Under the pieces are notes generated by a model. That model was not told the origin of the DNA. It saw only the letters and a program-made list of their open reading frames with translations, and did no database searches. DNA of 30,566 bases from an uncultured Candidatus Poseidoniales archaeon. GTDB taxonomy: Archaea > Thermoplasmatota > Poseidoniia > Poseidoniales > CAYMED01. Shown in pieces: positions 1 through 8,666 of the stretch; positions within the stretch are counted from its first letter, which is position 1; every line of letters starts with the position of its first letter. The position numbers were made by a program, and so were the translations under genes. The stretch covers positions 1 to 30,566 of the forward strand of contig CAYMED010000020.1 of NCBI GenBank assembly GCA_964389655.1. Reading direction: 5' to 3'.

Positions 1-125
1 CCATTGGCGGTGCTCCCATCATTGGGTCTACAGGAGGTGCAGCCATTGGCGGTGCTCCCATCATTGGGTCTACAGGAGGTGCAGCCATTGGCGGTGCCCC
101 CATCATTGGGTCGACGGGGGCAGCA
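1..125. repeat. 42-bp coding tandem repeat, about 3 copies visible
   Basis: Unit ccattggcggtgctcccatcattgggtctacaggaggtgcag is exact at 1-42 and 43-84, with a degenerate third copy from 85. It encodes AAPPVDPMMGAPPM on the minus strand. Confidence 0.95.
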
Positions 126-418
126 GGTAGGTCCGTACGAGTCATTGCATCTGCTGCTGCTTGGAGTTCACCAGCGTCAAGTGTTCCATCAGCATTTGCG
201 TCGAAATGACGAGCAGTATCCAATAGGGCAGATTGTTCAACGCCTGCTGTCTCAGCAATCTGCGCAACTTCTTCGTTGACCTGAAATTCCGCTACGGGGG
301 CAACTTCAGCAATCACTGGTGAGAAATCCGGAAAATAACCGCGCGTATATTCGGTCGCTTGATCGGGTGTATAGCCTTGGCCGATGAGGCCATCGTAGTA
401 ACTCTGTGCGTCGGACAT
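1..418 (-). CDS. Hypothetical protein, partial (runs off the window edge), with an EF-hand loop and a Pro/Met-rich tandem repeat
   Basis: Not in the ORF track because no stop lies in the window. ATG at 418; the frame is open to base 1: MSDAQSYYDGLIGQGYTPDQATEYTRGYFPDF...HFDANADGTLDAGELQAAADAM...(AAPPVDPMMGAPPM)n. Confidence 0.85.
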   Translation of the reverse strand, partial: MSDAQSYYDGLIGQGYTPDQATEYTRGYFPDFSPVIAEVAPVAEFQVNEEVAQIAETAGVEQSALLDTARHFDANADGTLDAGELQAAADAMTRTDLPAAPVDPMMGAPPMAAPPVDPMMGAPPMAAPPVDPMMGAPPM

Positions 419-534
419 GACAATCTGAACATCGACGGTCGAGCCTTTGCCTTAATTCCTCCTCTATGTTGACAGAATTATATCATTCCGGTGTTCCGGA
501 GTGGCTTCAAAAGCATGCAAGCCCCGCGCAACTC

Positions 535-1686
535 ATGCCATCGTTCGCTGAACGTGCGGAAGCGATCCAGCCAACCGGTGTACGTCGAATGTTTGACATG
601 GCTGGAAAAGATACCGTGATGTTTGGTTTGGGTGAACCAGACTTCCAACCACCAGAGATTGCAATTGAGGCATTTCACAGTGCCATGCTTGCCGGCCACA
701 ACAAATACACCACAACAGCTGGCCTCCCAGAACTCCGTCTTCGAATTGCTCAATCGTGGAACTCATATCGTCTCGGTTTAGATGAGAGCAATGTATGCAT
801 GACCATGTCTGGGACCAATGCATTACTGAACTGCATGCTGGCTTTAGTAAATCCTGGTGATAATGTGTTGTTACCTGAGCCCTATTTTCCGTTGTATGGT
901 CCAGACACCCTAATCGCAGGGGGCGAAGCGCGTTATTATTCATGCCGATTTGAAAATGAGTTTGTGCCCAATATTAGCGATCTTGAAGCCCTAGTTGATA
1001 CGCGGACAAAAGCGATATTATACAATTTCCCCTCAAATCCGACGGGAGCAACTTTAACGGCTCAACAGCGCGATAAATTGACGGATTTTGCACGGCGCCA
1101 TGATCTTTGGATCATCTCTGATGAAGTCTATGATCGGATTGTGTATGGGCGCCCTCACGTCTCTTTTCTTACCGATGGTTTTGATGACCTATTCCTGATT
1201 AACTCATTCTCAAAGACGTTTGCTATGACTGGGTGGAGAATTGGATATGTTCTTTCTCCTCGTCTTGATGCGATGGAACAAGTGAATAAGTTGCAATACT
1301 ATATTGCAGCATGTAGTAATGACGCGATGCAGCACGGAGTGTTGGCTGCATTCAACGATGCATCCGAATATCCGGAGGAGATGTCCCGTGCTTTTCGATC
1401 TCGGCGTGATCTGATATGTGATCGCCTGAATGCGATTGAAGGCGTTCAGTGTCACATCCCTCATGGTGCGTTCTATGTTTTTCCTCGTGTTGATGTGCCT
1501 GGAATGACGAGTGAAGATGTTGCAATTGCTCTATTGGATCGCGGTGTCTTATGCTCGCCAGGTTCCGCATTTGGCCCATCTGGTGAGGGGCACCTTCGCT
1601 TTGCATATACCATTAATGAGGACGAGATCAGAAAGGGAATGGATATTGTAGAGATGACCATCCTAGAATTAAGGAAACAAAGTTGA
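535..1686 (+). CDS. PLP-dependent class I/II aminotransferase (aspartate aminotransferase family)
   Basis: Motifs GEPDF, NFPSNPTGA, SDEVYD and the PLP-lysine motif NSFSKTFAMTGWRIG. Start moved from TTG466 to ATG535, which lies 29 nt after TATA-like TTCAAAAG at 506-513. Confidence 0.92.
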   Translation: MPSFAERAEAIQPTGVRRMFDMAGKDTVMFGLGEPDFQPPEIAIEAFHSAMLAGHNKYTTTAGLPELRLRIAQSWNSYRLGLDESNVCMTMSGTNALLNCMLALVNPGDNVLLPEPYFPLYGPDTLIAGGEARYYSCRFENEFVPNISDLEALVDTRTKAILYNFPSNPTGATLTAQQRDKLTDFARRHDLWIISDEVYDRIVYGRPHVSFLTDGFDDLFLINSFSKTFAMTGWRIGYVLSPRLDAMEQVNKLQYYIAACSNDAMQHGVLAAFNDASEYPEEMSRAFRSRRDLICDRLNAIEGVQCHIPHGAFYVFPRVDVPGMTSEDVAIALLDRGVLCSPGSAFGPSGEGHLRFAYTINEDEIRKGMDIVEMTILELRKQS

Positions 1687-1703
1687 TGTGATTTCTCTTG
1701 AAT

Positions 1704-2282
1704 ATGGTCGGTCATCTGATATCTCTTTTTCTTGGGCTTATGCTGGGTTGGATCTTGCCACGTGTAGCGAGTCTCGTCATGACGCGCCGAAAAGCCCTCA
1801 ACCGTCGCTTTCCAGAACATCCAAGGCCCATTCCGATTTCGCCTTTTCTCATCCAGAGACTTGTATCTATGAACCGCTTGTGGTGGTCTTCTGTCCCCGT
1901 TGGAATCCTAATCGGGGGAATTGCCATGTTGCTTTTGATCTCATCACGGAGTGCTTTTGGCTATGGCCTATTTATTGCATCTTTTTGGACATCCTCGACT
2001 CGTTTGTTTGGTCTTTCTCCTTGCCCTTGGAATTTTCACGTGATTGACCAGATTAATGGATTGATTGAACCCTCTAATTCCTGTTGCGATGAGGCAGACG
2101 CCGTGTGGGGCATTGAGGCAGTTCGATGCAGTTCTTGTGAGCTTGTTCTTCTCGCCCTTCCTCGGCCAGACCTCGGCAGGCCTCGTTCAGATGGCTTAAT
2201 ACAAGGCCTTGCGCGTGTGCTATGGATGGATGGATCGGCCATGCCCTCTCTTGTGGATGAATCCCAGTCTCGCACAAAGTGA
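1704..2282 (+). CDS. Hypothetical membrane protein, about 3 TM, with a CC-x13-CxxC putative metal site
   Basis: Three hydrophobic segments followed by SCCDEADAVWGIEAVRCSSC. It directly follows the aminotransferase; ATG1704 is preferred as start. Confidence 0.75.
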   Translation: MVGHLISLFLGLMLGWILPRVASLVMTRRKALNRRFPEHPRPIPISPFLIQRLVSMNRLWWSSVPVGILIGGIAMLLLISSRSAFGYGLFIASFWTSSTRLFGLSPCPWNFHVIDQINGLIEPSNSCCDEADAVWGIEAVRCSSCELVLLALPRPDLGRPRSDGLIQGLARVLWMDGSAMPSLVDESQSRTK

Positions 2283-2289
2283 GATGCCT

Positions 2290-3351
2290 CTAGGGTAGGT
2301 GTCGTAGAATATCTTCGATGGATCTGGGGGGTTGATCTTGCGTATCTTGATGTTTGAGCCCTTCATCATTCACGTCCTTTTCCTCTTCAATTTCTTTGCC
2401 TTCAAGGTTCTCATTCTTTTTTTCCCCTCCGACCCAGTTTGGATCAAGCCACCAAGCAGGTAATGTTCCACCGCCTCCGGACAAAACTGCTAGGCCGGTA
2501 TATGTTGCAAATGGGAGGACGGATAAAGCAACTACAAGGTCTAGGAACGCTTCGGGTGGTGCGAGAATTTCATATCCAAATATCACTGCAAGACTATGTT
2601 CACTCATGATTAACTCATCGATTGGCAGAGCCGGCTCAAGTGCTGTGAGAACTAGGGGTAAGATCAATCTTGAGAGAAACCAAAGCAAGAGAATTGGAGT
2701 TAGCCATGAAAGAGCAGTTCTGCGCACCATACCCCTGCGAACGATGGCCATCGGTGTTAGAAGCCGGCTTGCTACAAGAGGAAACCACCTCAGCATGAGG
2801 CCTAGTAATAACAAGTAGACAATCACCACTGCCTCCAACCATCGACCCTGAGTGATCCATTCTTGAGGGATTGCTGCTACGATGATCAAGGGCACGATCG
2901 CAAGGCAAAATTGGAATGGCATTGCGAGGAGGTGTAACCCTCCATGCGCATCGACAAGGTCCGTTCCCTCTTCCCTGAGATGAACGGCTCGGGCCAGTCT
3001 CCCATGTCCTGATCGCGCAATACGTCGCTGGACCATCAGGACTCTATCGGGACGTGCAGCACTTGAATTCGCCCTCAAAGCGACCATCCACCCTCCACGG
3101 CGTGCGATATTTACTGGCATCCATCCCCCAAGGATCACTGAAAGAAACAAGGCAGTTAGACCGCTGATCAGAGACGCTGTAAGTACCCATCCCATTTCAG
3201 TGTGGTCAATCCCAAGTGCGAGCCGATTTGTGCCTCTCTCAAGGTTTAGCATGTAGGTTACTGTGAATGCTAACAATGGGGTCAGTATGGTGTGAAGGGT
3301 AATCCCCAAGATGATTCGGCCCCGCTCAAGGACACTTGCTCCCCCTCTCAC
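2290..3351 (-). CDS. Hypothetical polytopic membrane protein, about 6 TM, with a charged C-terminal tail
   Basis: 353-aa ORF with multiple hydrophobic helices and a GTG start about 30 nt downstream of minus-strand TCATATAT (3377-3384). No family recognised. Confidence 0.75.
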   Translation of the reverse strand: MRGGASVLERGRIILGITLHTILTPLLAFTVTYMLNLERGTNRLALGIDHTEMGWVLTASLISGLTALFLSVILGGWMPVNIARRGGWMVALRANSSAARPDRVLMVQRRIARSGHGRLARAVHLREEGTDLVDAHGGLHLLAMPFQFCLAIVPLIIVAAIPQEWITQGRWLEAVVIVYLLLLGLMLRWFPLVASRLLTPMAIVRRGMVRRTALSWLTPILLLWFLSRLILPLVLTALEPALPIDELIMSEHSLAVIFGYEILAPPEAFLDLVVALSVLPFATYTGLAVLSGGGGTLPAWWLDPNWVGGEKKNENLEGKEIEEEKDVNDEGLKHQDTQDQPPRSIEDILRHLP

Positions 3352-3482
3352 AGATTAACCCTGATGTGTTGTTGTGATATATGAGCCTGCGTCACCGAAT
3401 TGGCATATGTGCTTTTTTCGTGGCGTTTTGTCACACTCGGCTGCGCGTGAACCTTTAATCCGGTCCATGCTTCGTCGTGTCA
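3352..3482. promoter_or_regulatory. Divergent promoter region
   Basis: TATA-like TTTAAT (+, 3454-3459) lies 29 nt before ATG3483. TCATATAT (-, 3377-3384) lies about 30 nt before GTG3351. Confidence 0.5.
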
Positions 3483-6400
3483 ATGCGTGGGGTATTTGGG
3501 CGAGTATCTCTCGTGGCCTTGGTCCTGTTGCTAGGGCCGATTGCCCTTCCCTTATGCGGTGCAGAAGTTGGCAATACGGCCGGCCGAGCCCAAATTGACA
3601 TCAATGTATCTGGGTTGAGTGTTGGCAATACAACCATGCCATTGGAGATGTGGGAACAACCCGATAGCACGGTACAAGGTTACGCAGTCCGCGGAGTGCC
3701 TTATGAGGTTCAGATAATCATCTCTCAAGATGGAACATCGGTCGCACCAGTTGATGTCAACGTTTCCATTGAGATCATCCACCCTGTTGGTGAAGTGACT
3801 CAAGAATTCTGGGTCAATTTTTCTTCAGTCCGTGATGGCCAAACGAGGCAGGGGTCAGTCAATTGGATCCCCGAAGCGGCACATAGCATTCTTTCAGCAA
3901 CTGGGAAATTGAGTGGAGGGTGGCTGCTGCGAGCAACGGCTACTGCAGATGGTGAAAATGTGGGTGAATTGGCCGACAACGTCCGTGAAGTTACGACTCC
4001 TGTTGCAATTGGGCATGATGTCATGGAAGATTGGTCCGGTGGTCAAATCTCTTTAGGTGATACCATCCATTATGGTACTGGCCGCGATACCAGCGGTCAA
4101 ACAATTGATGCAGGTGAATGGGTCGCCGATACATCTCAGGCCAAATCAGGGAGTTCCTCATTCCGGCATTCGCCTAGTTCTACAGCAAACTATGGCAGTA
4201 ACGCGAATGATTATTTGACATTTGGTTGGTTTTCATCGAGTTGCAGCAGTGAAATGCATCCTATTTGGGGTCAAGGAAGTTATGTATTGAATGCAGGTAA
4301 TGCTGAGTTGTGTAAGTTATGGCTGGATAGTGGCCATTTTGTCGAACTTCATCTAGCAAGTTGGGTCAAAGGTACGATGATGCCAGGTGATGAAACTGGG
4401 TTCTATGCAGAATCAAATGGGTTACAGGCGCACCTAAATTTTACAGATTCTAGCATGGGCATCACCGACTCTGATTGGACCCGCGTTGTTTGGGATTTGA
4501 GTAATGTCCTCACAAACCGTCAATATGAGCTTGGATTTCACTTCAGATCAGACTCCATAGGATCAACACCAGGGATGGTTGTTGATGATTGGGCTGTGTT
4601 TGGAATTGAGAAGGTTGACGCATACACTGTCGATTTGCAGTGTGATGGTCCTAGCTCAGGGTGGGATGCGCGCCCAGGTGATCTATTCAAGGTAGAATGC
4701 ACTGTCCGAAATGATGGATATGAAGTCAAAGACCTATTTTTGAGCAGTCAAGTCGGAGGTTCTAGTCTCAACCCTATTGCATCAGTCTGGAATGGAATGA
4801 TTCGTATCGATACGAATCGCACCATGAATACTGCATCAACGATTTATTTGGAAGATATTCAGCCAGGCGAAGTTGTTGCATTCAATTCTACTTTGACAGT
4901 TCCAGCAGGTGCTCCCGTTCAATCTCTCAGTTGGGGTATTTGGGTGAATGACAGCATTGATCATTACTTGACAAAAGGATTGAGCCTTTATCCTCTCTAT
5001 ATTCAAGCCTTTTATGGTGCACGAATCACGTATGCAGATGCGAAAGTAGATGCCGATGCGACAGTGCTTCCTGGAACGAAATTCACTCGTTCGTATATTC
5101 TGAAGAATATTGGCAATGCCGATGGTACGTTCAACGTCATCGGCCAGTTCTCAAATGCGACTTGGCTGGCGAAAGGTGGCTCAATTACTTTTGAAAGAGA
5201 AAACGGAACCCCTCTCGGTGATGTTGACTTAACAATCCAGCAATCGATTCTTTTTGTTGCAAATGTAACGATGCCCACCCTTGCCCTTCCTGGTGACCAC
5301 AAATTCACTCTGTACGCGACTGCAAAAGGGGCGGGCGTTACGGCTGACCCTGCCTCTCTTTCTGTATCGCTGCAAGTATTGTCTGCTTGGATTGAGGCAG
5401 GGCAGTGGTCGAATGTGAACCCGCGGGCAAGCTTCAATTTATTCGCAGGTGAACCAACAACGCATACCGTTCTAGCAGATGGTAATCCCGTTTCCGTTCA
5501 GTATGAGGTCTCAAACACTGGAAATTATCATGATCGCTTTGACTTGACAGTTCTTGCATATGACCATACCGTTGCTGTAGCCGAATCTTTGCCCTCGGTT
5601 GATGTAAGTGTGAATCCACTTCGAACTCCTTGGCTTGCTCCAGGTGAATCGCAGCGAGTAACTCTGACCTTTGTCCCACATAAAACACTGGATCCTCGAA
5701 CCTACTCAATTCAGTTGACAGCAACTCCTCTCACAGTCGTTGCGGGCCTCCAGCGAAGCGCATCAATGGACCACTTCATTAATGTGGAAACGACTCAAAT
5801 CATTTCCGTCGAAGCACCAGATCTTTCAGATGAGAGTTACTATCCCGGTCAGCAAGGTGAATATCGGTCATTCATCATCCGCAACGATGGAAATATACCC
5901 GATGATATTGATCTTACACTTGTTTCTGGTAGTGGAGTAACCGTCAAAATTGACTCTCCCTCATCTGGCCGGCTGTCACTATCGCCGGGACAATCTGATG
6001 AAGTAGTTCTAAGAATTGATGTTGCAAATGATGCTGAAGGTACAATTGATATTTCCCTGTCTGCGGCCAGTGCCTCTGATGTATCAGTCACTTCTGGTGC
6101 GATTGCCACCTTAAGAGTAGGAAATGAGGCGCGTTTGATTGTCGTAACACCTCCTGTTGATCGTCCCATATCTGGGCCGGAAGTTTGGATGGATCTCGTC
6201 TTTACAATTGCCAGTACGCATAGCAATAATTTGTCTCTGCAATTCAAATCATCGATTGATGACCCTCGTTTGGAATTTGAGACTCACCCTGATCACCGAG
6301 ACCCTGGGAAGCATGTTCTGCCAGCAGGCGATGCAATGCTGCATACGCTTCGTGTCCGCATTCGCACTTCGACATGGAATAACCTTCCATCCACCGAGCA

Positions 6401-6869
6401 GATTGCAACTGTAAATCTCGTTGTCGTATCTGAAGTAGGCTCGGATAGTCAGCAAGTGAAATTGTACTTTTCTGGTTCAGCGCCGGGCGCCCAATCAACT
6501 GGCTTATCTGGTGAAGAGAATGAGGAACCTTCCCAAATCGCATCTCTGATCATTACCGTGCTCAAATATATCGCAATGGTTGCCGTACTCGTGGCATTAT
6601 TAGTCATTCTAGTTCGAATTTTGCGTGGTGTAGAGCGTGAAGATGATGACTCACCTTCTTGGTCCGAAGATGAAGGTTACTCTGGAGCTGTGCCTACGTC
6701 ATATGGCGTCACTGCCGCTCCAGCAATCCCGGCAGCGCCCGTTGTATCTGCTCCTGCAAAAAGTAGTGAAAAAGGGCCACCTCCATTACCCGCTTCTGGG
6801 CTCCCAGATGGATGGACAACAGAGCAATGGCAGCATTATGGATGGCAATGGCTTGAATCTAATCCCTGA
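3483..6869 (+). CDS. Large single-pass cell-surface protein with tandem Ig-like (CARDB/NEW3/COG1470-type) domains
   Basis: Signal peptide MRGVFGRVSLVALVLLLGPIALPLCGA. Repeated xxNxGNxxD strands (VRNDGYEVKD, LKNIGNADGTF, VSNTGNYHDRF, IRNDGNIPDDI). C-terminal TM and a cytoplasmic tail ending GLPDGWTTEQWQHYGWQWL. Confidence 0.85.
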   Translation: MRGVFGRVSLVALVLLLGPIALPLCGAEVGNTAGRAQIDINVSGLSVGNTTMPLEMWEQPDSTVQGYAVRGVPYEVQIIISQDGTSVAPVDVNVSIEIIHPVGEVTQEFWVNFSSVRDGQTRQGSVNWIPEAAHSILSATGKLSGGWLLRATATADGENVGELADNVREVTTPVAIGHDVMEDWSGGQISLGDTIHYGTGRDTSGQTIDAGEWVADTSQAKSGSSSFRHSPSSTANYGSNANDYLTFGWFSSSCSSEMHPIWGQGSYVLNAGNAELCKLWLDSGHFVELHLASWVKGTMMPGDETGFYAESNGLQAHLNFTDSSMGITDSDWTRVVWDLSNVLTNRQYELGFHFRSDSIGSTPGMVVDDWAVFGIEKVDAYTVDLQCDGPSSGWDARPGDLFKVECTVRNDGYEVKDLFLSSQVGGSSLNPIASVWNGMIRIDTNRTMNTASTIYLEDIQPGEVVAFNSTLTVPAGAPVQSLSWGIWVNDSIDHYLTKGLSLYPLYIQAFYGARITYADAKVDADATVLPGTKFTRSYILKNIGNADGTFNVIGQFSNATWLAKGGSITFERENGTPLGDVDLTIQQSILFVANVTMPTLALPGDHKFTLYATAKGAGVTADPASLSVSLQVLSAWIEAGQWSNVNPRASFNLFAGEPTTHTVLADGNPVSVQYEVSNTGNYHDRFDLTVLAYDHTVAVAESLPSVDVSVNPLRTPWLAPGESQRVTLTFVPHKTLDPRTYSIQLTATPLTVVAGLQRSASMDHFINVETTQIISVEAPDLSDESYYPGQQGEYRSFIIRNDGNIPDDIDLTLVSGSGVTVKIDSPSSGRLSLSPGQSDEVVLRIDVANDAEGTIDISLSAASASDVSVTSGAIATLRVGNEARLIVVTPPVDRPISGPEVWMDLVFTIASTHSNNLSLQFKSSIDDPRLEFETHPDHRDPGKHVLPAGDAMLHTLRVRIRTSTWNNLPSTEQIATVNLVVVSEVGSDSQQVKLYFSGSAPGAQSTGLSGEENEEPSQIASLIITVLKYIAMVAVLVALLVILVRILRGVEREDDDSPSWSEDEGYSGAVPTSYGVTAAPAIPAAPVVSAPAKSSEKGPPPLPASGLPDGWTTEQWQHYGWQWLESNP

Positions 6870-6940
6870 ATACACTACATCTATTTCCATCGACGGGTTG
6901 AAGTTTGACATGCACTGCGAAGTGCGCGGAGAGGAGTCAA

Positions 6941-8560
6941 TTGTATTCAGGCGGTCAACCACCAATCTTTATTCTCAAAGAGGGAACAACACGTAATAGA
7001 GGGCGCAGTGCACAAGAAAATAACATTGCAGCTGCCAAAGCAGTAGCCGATTCAGTACGTTCTACCTTGGGCCCCAAAGGAATGGACAAGATGCTCGTGG
7101 ACAGCATGGGTGATGTTGTTATCACAAATGATGGTGCGACGATTCTCAAGGAGATGGATATTGAGCACCCCGCAGCCAAGATGATCATTGAAGTTGCCAA
7201 AACTCAGGAGCAGCATTGCCATGATGGAACCACGACGGCAGTTGTTCTCGCGGGGGAACTTCTCAAGCGTAGTGAGCAACTGATTGAGCAAAATGTGCAT
7301 CCAACAGTCATCAATGAGGGATTCCGACTTGCCGTTGAGAAGGCGATCGATTTGCTAGAGATGCATGGGATTGATGTTAAGACTGATGATCACCAAGCTC
7401 TGCGTGAGGTTGCAATGACATCCCTTACTGGAAAGAGTGCTGGGGCTTTGAAGGAATTTTTGTCAGAGATTTGTGTTCAAGCCGTTCTTGCTGTAAGTGA
7501 AGAGCGAGGCGATCGGCGGGAAACATCACTCTCAGATATCAAAGTCATTAAACGGCAAGGAGGATCTATTCGTGATAGTGAATTGATTAGCGGCATCATC
7601 TTAGACAAGGAGCGTGTTCATGCTGGAATGCCTCGCTCGATAGACAATGCGCGCATTGCCCTTGTTAATTCGGCAATTGAAGTAAAGAAAACCGAGGTTG
7701 ATGCCAAAATTCAGATCACAGATCCAAATATGTTAGCACGTTTCCTAGAGGAGGAAGAGGCGTTCTTACGTGGCTTAGTTGAACGAATCACTTCTGCTGG
7801 TGCAAATGTCGTAATTTGCCAAAAAGGCATCGATGACCTGGCGCAACATTACTTGTCGAGAGAGGGTGTATTTGCTGTGCGAAGGTGCAAGAAAAGTGAC
7901 ATGGAAGCCCTTTCTAAAGCAACGGGTGCAACAATTGTAACCAATATTGATGATCTTGGTTCATCTGAACTTGGGAATGCTGGTTGTGTCGAGCAGAGTC
8001 GCATCGGAGACAGTGAGATGATATTTGTAACAGGTTGTCAAAAGGCCAAATCAGTATCTGTACTTCTTCGAGGAGGCACAGACCATGTTGTGGATGAGAT
8101 TGAGCGCGCATTTATTGATGCACGGGGGGTTGCAGCAGTTGCTTGGGAAGATGGCCGAGTGCTTTCAGGTGGTGGCAGTGTGATGGCGGCCCTCAGTCGT
8201 GACTTGCGCTCGTACGCGGAAGGAGTTGGCGGGCGCGAACAAATGGCGATAGAATCTTTTGCAAGTGCATTGGAAGTTATACCCCGAACTCTCGCAGAGA
8301 ATGCAGGTCTCGATCCAGTGAACACTCTGATTGACCTCCGTAAATCTCATTCTGAAGGCCATACGCACCATGGCGTTGATGTGGCCACAGGAGGCGTTTC
8401 AGACATGCGCAAGGCCAATGTGCTTGAGCCTCTGCGTGTTGTTGAACAAGCTCTTGCCAGTGCAACAGAGACTGCAGTCATGATCCTGCGAATTGATGAT
8501 GTAATTTCATCATCGGGTTCTTCACTTGGAGATGGACCTGAGGATTTTGATGACCTCTGA
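6941..8560 (+). CDS. ths: Thermosome (group II chaperonin) subunit
   Basis: [31 protein letters not shown] and ILRIDDVI. Start is TTG6941 after SD GAGGAG. Alpha versus beta not determinable. Confidence 0.97.
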   Translation: MYSGGQPPIFILKEGTTRNRGRSAQENNIAAAKAVADSVRSTLGPKGMDKMLVDSMGDVVITNDGATILKEMDIEHPAAKMIIEVAKTQEQHCHDGTTTAVVLAGELLKRSEQLIEQNVHPTVINEGFRLAVEKAIDLLEMHGIDVKTDDHQALREVAMTSLTGKSAGALKEFLSEICVQAVLAVSEERGDRRETSLSDIKVIKRQGGSIRDSELISGIILDKERVHAGMPRSIDNARIALVNSAIEVKKTEVDAKIQITDPNMLARFLEEEEAFLRGLVERITSAGANVVICQKGIDDLAQHYLSREGVFAVRRCKKSDMEALSKATGATIVTNIDDLGSSELGNAGCVEQSRIGDSEMIFVTGCQKAKSVSVLLRGGTDHVVDEIERAFIDARGVAAVAWEDGRVLSGGGSVMAALSRDLRSYAEGVGGREQMAIESFASALEVIPRTLAENAGLDPVNTLIDLRKSHSEGHTHHGVDVATGGVSDMRKANVLEPLRVVEQALASATETAVMILRIDDVISSSGSSLGDGPEDFDDL

Positions 8561-8666
8561 GTGTCAATGATTCCTTCAGCATTCTTCATTGGTGCTGATT
8601 CTGACAACCTTCAAGTGCCCAGCAGCGGTCCCCTAAACAGCAACCCTGAGTGTTGGTGACTCTACG

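Noticed and set aside
1-125. Possible CRISPR array
   Set aside because: The repeats are head-to-tail with no spacers, 42 bp (a multiple of 3) and coding. No cas genes are present.
4-279. 91-aa plus-strand ORF with repeats
   Set aside because: Antisense shadow of the minus-strand gene starting at 418, which has a coherent EF-hand and a plausible N-terminus.
6905-6940. Longer thermosome start (and likewise the starts at 466, 10564, 21108 and 22317)
   Set aside because: These ORF-finder extensions precede the homologous N-terminus or overlap upstream genes. The downstream starts have SD, TATA or homology support.
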